Source of the DNA: Candidatus Hadarchaeota archaeon
Lineage (GTDB): Archaea > Hadarchaeota > Hadarchaeia > Hadarchaeales > Hadarchaeaceae
Assembly (NCBI GenBank): GCA_040755315.1
Contig: JBFMBF010000020.1
Coordinates: forward strand, 1-20,385
Direction: 5' to 3'
DNA: 20,385 nucleotides
Numbering within the stretch: position 1 is the stretch's first letter; every line of letters begins with the position of its first letter. Below the pieces are notes generated by a model. That model made no database searches, was not told the origin of the DNA, and worked only from the letters and a program-made list of their open reading frames with translations. Of this stretch, positions 1 through 6,121 are shown in pieces. The position numbers and the translations under genes are program-made.

Positions 1-530
1 GCTTCGCCTTTCTCCTTCAGCGCCCCTTCCGGCTTGCCTTTTTCCGGCTTCTCGGCCTTTCCAGCGGCCTCTTCTCTCATTCTGATTTCCTTCCGCTTCA
101 CCCCTACCACCAGCCCCTTCCTGCCGGTTGTCTTGGTGTGCTGCCCCCTCACGGGAAGGCCAAGCTCGTGCCTTATTCCCCTCCTGCTCCTCATGCGGCG
201 CTCTCGCCCTATGTCTCCTCTGACGGCTATGTCGATGTCACCGCCTATGAGGTGGACGTTTCCCCCGTCTTCGTAGTCTTTTCTCCTGTTTGCTATCCAG
301 ACTGGCATCCCGTTGCCTATCGGATCTTTCATGATTTCCTCCAGCTTCTTTATGTCCTCGCTGGAGAGGCTACCAAGTTTCGCAAACGGGTCTATCCCCG
401 CGACGTACGCCACTGCCCTGGCGTAGGCGAAGCTAATCCCCTTCAGGTCATAGAGGGCCATCTGGACCGGCCGCTCTCCGCTCAGGTCCTTCCCAGCTAT
501 CCTGACTATATGCTTGAACTCTTCTGGCAT
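1..530 (-). CDS. rps13: 30S ribosomal protein uS13 (3' end runs off the window)
   Basis: Manual minus-strand translation from ATG at 530: MPEEFKHIVRIAGKDLSG...RRGIRHELGLPVRGQHTKTTGRKG, the uS13 signature, then a K/E-rich tail. Missing from the ORF track because no stop lies in the window. Confidence 0.96.
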   Translation of the reverse strand, partial: MPEEFKHIVRIAGKDLSGERPVQMALYDLKGISFAYARAVAYVAGIDPFAKLGSLSSEDIKKLEEIMKDPIGNGMPVWIANRRKDYEDGGNVHLIGGDIDIAVRGDIGRERRMRSRRGIRHELGLPVRGQHTKTTGRKGLVVGVKRKEIRMREEAAGKAEKPEKGKPEGALKEKGE

Positions 531-566
531 CTAAATCCCAAACCTTCTCTAATTTGGTTTGGGCGC

Positions 567-575
567 CTTATTAAG
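567..575 (-). promoter_or_regulatory. putative TATA box of the rps13 operon
   Basis: CTTAATAAG on the minus strand, about 40 nt upstream of the rps13 ATG. Confidence 0.4.
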
Positions 576-586
576 ACGTTCGCAAG

Positions 587-597
587 TGGCGCCGGGG
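587..597 (-). other. possible tRNA-Ser 3'-end relic (att-like)
   Basis: Minus strand CCCCGGC-G-CCA resembles the acceptor 3' strand, G discriminator and CCA of archaeal tRNA-Ser. No intact T-arm or cloverleaf upstream. Confidence 0.3.
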
Positions 598-644
598 AGG
601 TGCCGAACTCCGGATTCAGGACACCAAAACTATCTTGCGCTGCT

Positions 645-935
645 TCAAATTTTTTGACTTTTCTTCATTCCAACTACAACCATACTTACGATGCCGTCTT
701 CGATTTGGAGTATGGCCCTGAACCTTCCAACCCTCAGCTCAAGCCCCTTATCGAGTCTTCTGAATGGACGCACATCTGCCATGCCTGTTTCCGCAAAACG
801 TGAAAAGGCTTCAGTTATTTGCATGGCCTGTTTTTCCAAGTAGATCTTGCTTATTTTTCTAAGATCGTCTAGCGCTCGCGTCGAATAATTTAGCTTAAGT
901 GGATGCCACTTTCTTAAGCCACTTTTTGAACTCAT
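645..935 (-). CDS. RelE/ParE-family toxin
   Basis: LKLNYSTRALDDLRKI...DVRPFR...LELRVGRFRAILQIEDG fits the RelE/ParE pattern. Overlaps the upstream RHH gene. Start uncertain (ATG 935 or GTG 941). Confidence 0.75.
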   Translation of the reverse strand: MSSKSGLRKWHPLKLNYSTRALDDLRKISKIYLEKQAMQITEAFSRFAETGMADVRPFRRLDKGLELRVGRFRAILQIEDGIVSMVVVGMKKSQKI

Positions 936-1170
936 TGTCACTCATCTTCAGTACATTATCCCAATTAATTCGGTCGGCTGGGATTTTTGGCAAGTTTGCA
1001 GCTTCATCGATTTCTGCCGTGCTGATTTCATCGATGTCTGGAACCTCCGGAAGTTCTTTCCGTACAAGCCTGCGGATAATGCAGTCATAGCTCTCCCCCT
1101 TGCGCCCCAGTTTTGACAGTCTTCTGACTGTACTTGGCCGAACTCTTATTGTTGTGTTTGCTCTTTCCAT
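895..1170 (-). CDS. ribbon-helix-helix antitoxin
   Basis: TTIRVRPSTVRRLSKLGRKGESYDCIIRRLV is an archaeal RHH pattern, followed by an acidic segment. ATG 1170 lies about 25 nt below a TATA box (leaderless). Confidence 0.8.
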   Translation of the reverse strand: MERANTTIRVRPSTVRRLSKLGRKGESYDCIIRRLVRKELPEVPDIDEISTAEIDEAANLPKIPADRINWDNVLKMSDNEFKKWLKKVAST

Positions 1171-1171
1171 C

Positions 1172-1209
1172 GTATACAATGTATACATCGTTATTTAAAT
1201 CATTTTCGG
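1172..1209 (-). promoter_or_regulatory. TA promoter (BRE-TATA) with palindromic operator
   Basis: Minus strand CGAAAATG-ATTTAAATAA. Perfect palindrome GTATACA-A-TGTATAC at 1172-1186 between TATA and ATG. Confidence 0.75.
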
Positions 1210-1214
1210 AATTT

Positions 1215-1236
1215 ATGCTGTGTTGCATAACTCCCC
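1215..1236. repeat. IS terminal inverted repeat, transposase 3' side
   Basis: ATGCTGTGTTGCATAACTCCCC. Confidence 0.88.
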
Positions 1237-1262
1237 GACATTTGCCCGATTTTCTTTCTCCC

Positions 1263-2236
1263 CTATGCTTTCAACCCATCACCCCACGGTGACCTCCCGG
1301 TTGAATCGTACTTGAGAACAGCGTTGTAGAACAGGAACTTCATGACCACCTCCTTGAACATGTTTTTTCGCTTCGTGGCTACAACGTATTCACCGGCGAG
1401 CCTCTTCACCGCCGAGAAGTTCCCCTCCACGCGCCAGCGGTACCCATGGCGGTATTTGTTTCTCCATTTCTTGTATCCCATCTGCCTGTACTCGCGGACG
1501 TGCTTTTTCCTCAGTGGGCACCCCCTTAAGCGCGTGCTGGCGTTCTCATGGATCTTGATGGCCGGCGTTATCCCCCGTTCGTCCAGAGTATTGAAGTTGT
1601 CCCTCGTGTCGTAGATTCCGTCGGCGTTCACCTGCGCCACCCTGCCACCCTTCGCTCGGACGTTGTGCGCTGCCTCCTCCACGAGTGACTCGAACTCGTT
1701 CTGGTCCCCCACGCTCTCGTCCGTCACCTCGATGGCCACACACTGCTTCTCGCCTTCGTCCACCGCGACGTGGACTTTGATCCAGCCGCGGTGCACCTTC
1801 CACACCTTGCGCATCCACTCTCCACGGTTCGAGACCTTTATCCCGGAGCCGTCGAGGGACACCACCACTTCCTCCCCCCGTGGTCCAGCAGCGTTTCCGT
1901 TATTTGCAACTTGAGGGCGTTCACCCGCCTGCAGATGGTGGAGTAGTCGGGCACCTCTATCGAAACGAACCTGCACAGGCCGCGAACGAGGCCCTCCAGG
2001 CCGCGGTAGTCCACGCTGAGCATGACGTGCACGAATCCGAGAAAAGTCATGAGCGACTCCGGGTACTCGAACGGGGCGCCGACCTTGCCCTCGTTGAGGC
2101 CGCCCACGTCCTCCGCCCAGGACTCGAGGAAATCGAGGTTCAGGTACATCTCGCCCCGTTTCACGAGCCGCTCGTTGTACTCCCTCCAGTCCCGCCTGTC
2201 CTCGTAGCGGCCCCACCTCTTCCTCTTCGGGGCCAT
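1263..2236 (-). pseudogene. IS5/IS903-group DDE transposase with a 1-nt frameshift
   Basis: N-part (DWREYNERLVKRGE...PDYSTICRR) and catalytic part (SLDGSG, NADGIYD, RWRVEGNFS) are in different frames. One extra G in the G6 run at 1874-1879 would give a 324-aa ORF. Confidence 0.88.
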
Positions 2237-2250
2237 GGTGTTCTACTCCC

Positions 2251-2409
2251 TTATTTTTCCAGCCTCACAGCCCTCACTCGCTTCCGCTTCCAGTCGACGG
2301 GGAGATATACCCTACTGGAGTTCCCACTTGGCATGGCCACCTTTTCCACCACCTCGTAGCCCAGCATCTCTATCTTCATGGGCTGTTCGGCTACTTTCTT
2401 CCTTGCCAT
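2251..2409 (-). CDS. DUF2080-family transposon-associated small protein (52 aa)
   Basis: Manual translation MARKKVAEQPMKIEMLGYEVVEKVAMPSGNSSRVYLPVDWKRKRVRAVRLEK. The EK-V-PSGNS-RVYLP-DW motif is characteristic. Below the ORF-track cutoff. Confidence 0.88.
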   Translation of the reverse strand: MARKKVAEQPMKIEMLGYEVVEKVAMPSGNSSRVYLPVDWKRKRVRAVRLEK

Positions 2410-2414
2410 GTATA

Positions 2415-2446
2415 TAGCTACAATGTAGCTACTTATAAGACTTTCG
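2415..2446 (-). promoter_or_regulatory. IS internal promoter with palindromic operator
   Basis: Minus strand CGAAAG-T-CTTATAAG, directly followed by the perfect palindrome TAGCTACA-A-TGTAGCTA (2415-2431). ATG at 2409. Confidence 0.75.
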
Positions 2447-2448
2447 AT

Positions 2449-2470
2449 GGGGGGTTATGCAACACGGCAT
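2449..2470. repeat. IS terminal inverted repeat, promoter side
   Basis: GGGGGGTTATGCAACACGGCAT, reverse complement of 1215-1236 with 2 mismatches. Confidence 0.88.
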
Positions 2471-2483
2471 CGCCACCAAAACC

Positions 2484-2512
2484 TTTTTAAATAGCTGTAG
2501 TTTAACTGTAGT
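2484..2512 (+). promoter_or_regulatory. TATA box plus CTGTAGT direct repeats
   Basis: TTTTTAAATA at 2484-2493. CTGTAGT at 2495-2501 and 2506-2512, 11 nt apart. Confidence 0.55.
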
Positions 2513-2535
2513 GCTAGTGAGGTATAACTGGAGGG

Positions 2536-2715
2536 ATGAAGTTGGACGGAGAGGATGGAGGAACACTGCCTTCCGAGAAGAACTGCGTTGCGTGTGGTAG
2601 GCGAGGTTACTACCTAGAGAACGGGCTCTGTTTGGATTGTATCGAGGCCGAACTCAGGAGGAGCTTCACGCATTCAGGCAACGGCCTCTTCAAGGGGGGC
2701 TTCGGTGCCAGCTGA
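2536..2715 (+). CDS. small CxxC...CxxC zinc-finger protein (59 aa)
   Basis: Manual translation MKLDGEDGGTLPSEKNCVACGRRGYYLENGLCLDCIEAELRRSFTHSGNGLFKGGFGAS. GGAGGG and TATA upstream. Overlaps the next gene. Confidence 0.7.
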   Translation: MKLDGEDGGTLPSEKNCVACGRRGYYLENGLCLDCIEAELRRSFTHSGNGLFKGGFGAS

Positions 2716-2890
2716 AAAGAAGGCTGAAATCCGTGTGTTCCTCGACGGCATTCACCTCAGGATCATAGACGACCTGATCGGCACTATCGGCGCCAACAGG
2801 AGCGAGGTTGTGCGCATGATGGTCCACGATTGGGTGGAAAACAAACTGGGCTTCGAAGGCCTGATGAAGTACAAGAAAAAGAAAAGCTAA
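2705..2890 (+). CDS. CopG-like ribbon-helix-helix protein
   Basis: EIRVFLDG...IIDDLIGTIGANRSEVVRMMVHDW is an RHH pattern. GTG start after AAGGGGGG. Confidence 0.78.
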   Translation: MPAEKKAEIRVFLDGIHLRIIDDLIGTIGANRSEVVRMMVHDWVENKLGFEGLMKYKKKKS

Positions 2891-2913
2891 CCACCTCCTC
2901 AAACCCAGCCTCC

Positions 2914-2955
2914 GGGTGGGGGACCAGGAAATGCGAAGTAATGGGTCCCCCACCC
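2914..2955. repeat. perfect 12-bp GC-rich hairpin
   Basis: GGGTGGGGGACC (2914-2925) pairs with GGTCCCCCACCC (2944-2955). 18-nt loop. Lies between convergent genes. Confidence 0.85.
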
Positions 2956-3605
2956 TACCGCTCACGTCGCCTGTGCCTGTGGAGGAGAAGTCTCTGGAGG
3001 AACCTCCACAGAAGGCTCGGGAGAGGGAGGGTCCGCCCCAAAGCTGATGGCCCTCCCTTCCTTATTCCACTCAAAATTGAGTCCACGCTAGTATCACACT
3101 CAAGCTCAGTGAACGCGAGGCCTATCTCATCGCCGCGGTGAGCATCGGAACCGCCGACGCCTGGGATCCCGTGCTTTTCCGCGAACCTCCTCGCCAAGCT
3201 GTTTGCGGGGAAGATGGCCCTGCCGTTGAGAACCTCCATCGCGTCGAACTTGGCCTTGTAAATGAGGCTGGGGTTCCGCCCGATGATGAAAGGATGGGCG
3301 GCTATCGCGATGCCTCCCTGCTCCCTTATCCTCGCGACAGTCTCCGCGGGAGAGAGCCCCCTTGGCACCAGCTCACTGACGCCAAGAGCCACGATGTGGC
3401 CGTTTGAGCTAGAGATCTCGGCAGCCGGGATAACGATGAACCCCTTCCCAGAGAGCTTCCTGGCCTCCCTGTGACCGGCGATTGTGTTGTGGTCCGCGAT
3501 GGCAAAGCCGTCCAGACCTTTCGCCTTGGCGAACTTCACAGCCTCCTTTACGGTGCAGTAGCCGTCGGAGGAGTGAACCGTGTGGACGTGGAGGTCTAGC
3601 TTCAT
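2955..3605 (-). CDS. PHP-domain metallohydrolase
   Basis: DLHVHTVHSSDG, IADHN, AAHPF and GGSDAH metal motifs. Start reset to MKLDLH (ATG 3605). Confidence 0.92.
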   Translation of the reverse strand: MKLDLHVHTVHSSDGYCTVKEAVKFAKAKGLDGFAIADHNTIAGHREARKLSGKGFIVIPAAEISSSNGHIVALGVSELVPRGLSPAETVARIREQGGIAIAAHPFIIGRNPSLIYKAKFDAMEVLNGRAIFPANSLARRFAEKHGIPGVGGSDAHRGDEIGLAFTELECDTSVDSILSGIRKGGPSALGRTLPLPSLLWRFLQRLLLHRHRRRER

Positions 3606-3671
3606 AATATCCAAATTACCTGCGCCCAGACTGGTTTTTACCTTTCCCCGGCCGCTCAGCAAAACCTACGG

Positions 3672-4106
3672 TCAACCCTTCCAGCTCGTTATTTTTTCAC
3701 AGTCGTAACATTTGCCGTTGTGGATGCAGATGGTCCCACCGCATCTGGGGCAACTCCATTTTCCCTGCTCCTGCGACAGAAACCTTCCAACGCCATGATT
3801 TTTTATAAAAATCAGGTTTTCAACGAGGCTGACGTTGTACCTTGTTCTGTAGCGATTATCCACGCGTCCAAGCTCATAACAAGGCATGTCTTTGCACTCA
3901 AAACAGAATTTTACCTCGCCATCCCGAAGCTTGGCGCACCGCCGTTTGAGAAAAGCGCAGAGTTTGTTTCGCGGACGGCAGCCAGCGCAGTGGACTATCT
4001 TCCCCCGCTTTTTTGACAATTGCCTGGAGTACGCCAGATATCCGCTGCAAACGTTGCAGTTCATGCCACATGGGGCGACAAGTTCTGCTTTGAATTTCTG
4101 ATCCAC
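3672..4106 (-). CDS. DUF3795-family Cys-rich protein
   Basis: APCGMNCNVC...CAGCR...CFECKDMPC...CPRCGG...CYDC pattern. Confidence 0.85.
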   Translation of the reverse strand: MDQKFKAELVAPCGMNCNVCSGYLAYSRQLSKKRGKIVHCAGCRPRNKLCAFLKRRCAKLRDGEVKFCFECKDMPCYELGRVDNRYRTRYNVSLVENLIFIKNHGVGRFLSQEQGKWSCPRCGGTICIHNGKCYDCEKITSWKG

Positions 4107-4122
4107 AACATCACGTTGGCAG

Positions 4123-5958
4123 TCACATGACCTTGGAGCCTGACGCCAGCGGCCTGTCCAGTGTCAATATCGAGACTTTGTCCCCATCCACGGCTGCGAG
4201 CAACATCCCGTCCGACTTTATGCCCCTTATCTTCGCCGGCTCCAGGTTGACGACGACTACAATCTGCTTCCCAATCAAGTCCTGGGGCGAGTACTGGTCG
4301 GCCACTCCCGCGACAAGCGTGCGGGTTTCTTCGCCAATCTGCACATCCAGTTTCAGGAGCTTGTCGGAGCCCGACACTCGCTCGGCCGCACTGACCTTCC
4401 CGACCCTCATGTCCACTTTTTTGAAGTCTTCCATCGAAACCAACGCCTCCGACCTGCCTGAACTCTTCTCCTCCGCTTTTTTAAATATCGGCGATGGGGT
4501 CCCTATTTCGTGGCCCGGCCTGATGCCGAAGCTTTTCGCCTGCGACCATGATTCTACCTTCACTCCCAGTTGTCTGGCCAGATTTTCAGAAGTTTCGGGG
4601 AGGAACGGCGCGAGCGCCACGCAAAGCGCCTGAACCAGGTTCGCGCAGTTCAAAATGCAGCTCGCGGCCTTCTCCGGCTCCTTTTTAATCACGTCCCACG
4701 GCTTTTGGGACTGGAAATACTCGTTGCCCCGCTTCGCCAGCGAGATTATCTCATCAAGGGCCTGTGTGACCTTCAAATCCTCCAAAAGTCTTTCCGCTCT
4801 TTCCAGCCTCTCTCGCGATTCAGACTCAAGTTTTTCGTCTATCTCGCCTTCCGAGATTTTTCCGCCGTATCGGGTTTTGGTGAAAGTCAGAACCCTGTGA
4901 ACAAAATTCCCCAGAATGTCGGCGAGCTCGTCGTTCAGTCTAGTGCGTATGCCATCCTCTGAGAAGCTACCATCCTGGCCAAACGATATCTCACGAACCA
5001 AAAAGTACCTGAGCGCGTCAACAGGATACGTTTTTATTAGATGAAGGGGGTCAATCAACACGCCTCTGCTTTTACTTAATTTTTCCCCTTTGTATGTGAC
5101 AAAACCATGGATGAAAATCTTTTTTGGAAGCGAAAGGCCGAGGGAAAGTAGCAGAGAACGCCAAATGACGCAATGATGCCAGCTTATGTCTTTACCAATC
5201 AAATGTACATCTGCCGGCCAAAATTTATCGAACTTTTCAGCAGGATAATCTATCGTGGTCAGATAGTTGGCTAGCGCATCTACCCACACGTATAGGACAT
5301 GTTTTTTGTCTATTGGCAACCGGATTCCCCAGTCAAAATCCGTCCTTGAAACACAAAGGTCTCTCAAAGGTTCTTTCAGCCGGTTTAAAATTTCTTTCCG
5401 TCTGCTTTCTGGCTGGATAGAATCTGGGTTTTGTTCGATGAAATGCACGACTTTATCTCTATACTTGCTCATCCGAAAGAAATAACATTCTTGTGTTACC
5501 AGCTCAACTTTTTTGTTATGGACGGGACATTTTCCATCTGTCAACTCGTCATCAGAGTAGAATGTTTCGCATTCAGTACAGTATTGGCCCTCATAAAACC
5601 CCTTGTAAATGTCTCCCGCCTGATGAAGCGTCCCGAATACGGATTTGACGACTTTTACATGCCGCGCTTCTGTAGTTCTGATAAAATCGTCATAAGAAAT
5701 GTCCAGTTCATCCCAAAGTTCCTTGAACTTGTTTGACATTGAGTCAACAAATTCTTTTGGATTTTTTCCAGCTTTTTCAGCGCACCTTTGTATTTTTAGA
5801 CCATGCTCATCGGTGCCGGTGCTGAAATGCACCTCGAAACCTTGGAGCCTCTTAAATCTGGCGATGACATCTGCACAAATCTTCTCGTATGCATGACCAA
5901 GATGCGGAACCGTCGAGGGATAATCAATCGCGGTCGAAATGTAAAATGATTTTTTCAT
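4123..5958 (-). CDS. metG: methionine--tRNA ligase with C-terminal tRNA-binding/dimerisation domain
   Basis: HLGH, GTDEHG, YVWVDAL and KLSKS motifs. C-terminal Trbp111-like domain (VDMRVGKV...VVVNLEPAKIRG). ATG 5958 follows SD GGAGGATG. Confidence 0.97.
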   Translation of the reverse strand: MKKSFYISTAIDYPSTVPHLGHAYEKICADVIARFKRLQGFEVHFSTGTDEHGLKIQRCAEKAGKNPKEFVDSMSNKFKELWDELDISYDDFIRTTEARHVKVVKSVFGTLHQAGDIYKGFYEGQYCTECETFYSDDELTDGKCPVHNKKVELVTQECYFFRMSKYRDKVVHFIEQNPDSIQPESRRKEILNRLKEPLRDLCVSRTDFDWGIRLPIDKKHVLYVWVDALANYLTTIDYPAEKFDKFWPADVHLIGKDISWHHCVIWRSLLLSLGLSLPKKIFIHGFVTYKGEKLSKSRGVLIDPLHLIKTYPVDALRYFLVREISFGQDGSFSEDGIRTRLNDELADILGNFVHRVLTFTKTRYGGKISEGEIDEKLESESRERLERAERLLEDLKVTQALDEIISLAKRGNEYFQSQKPWDVIKKEPEKAASCILNCANLVQALCVALAPFLPETSENLARQLGVKVESWSQAKSFGIRPGHEIGTPSPIFKKAEEKSSGRSEALVSMEDFKKVDMRVGKVSAAERVSGSDKLLKLDVQIGEETRTLVAGVADQYSPQDLIGKQIVVVVNLEPAKIRGIKSDGMLLAAVDGDKVSILTLDRPLASGSKVM

Positions 5959-6020
5959 GCAATCATCCTCCGAAACGCTTGCCAAACGCATATTGGAGTG
6001 GCCGTGTGGAACTTCGCCAA
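5955..6020 (-). other. putative 21-aa upstream ORF coupled to metG
   Basis: GGTGATAGC-TTG start gives MAKFHTATPICVWQAFRRMIA. Its TGA overlaps the metG ATG (ATGA). Confidence 0.4.
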
Positions 6021-6121
6021 GCTATCACCACTCCACTTGTATAGGCTGAACAATTTAAACGGCGCGGATGGTCCTTGGTTGAGTTTTATAACAGCCTGAT
6101 TTCATTTATGTTGGTGATAAA

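Larger units (their letters stand above)
1216..2469 (-). mobile_element. IS5-family (IS903-group-like) insertion sequence with DUF2080 passenger
   Basis: Inverted repeats match at 20/22 (1215-1236 vs 2449-2470) and enclose a DDE transposase and a small passenger gene. Ends are +/-1 nt. No long target duplication. Confidence 0.9.

Noticed and set aside
587..640. Complete tRNA gene upstream of rps13
   Set aside because: Only 11 nt resemble a tRNA 3' end. GTTCG is not in a pairing T-arm and no cloverleaf forms.
138..803. 221-aa plus-strand ORF (and 34..276)
   Set aside because: Antisense shadow of rps13 and the RelE gene, with no recognisable motifs.
1880..2216. N-terminal part of the 317-aa ORF as real transposase sequence
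   Set aside because: It is off-frame. The true N-terminus is in ORF 1838..2236, joined through the frameshift.
2914..2957. PYLIS/SECIS-type recoding at the PHP TAG followed by a hairpin
   Set aside because: The PHP domain is complete, the read-through peptide is just antisense of the RHH gene, and no pyl or sel genes are in view.
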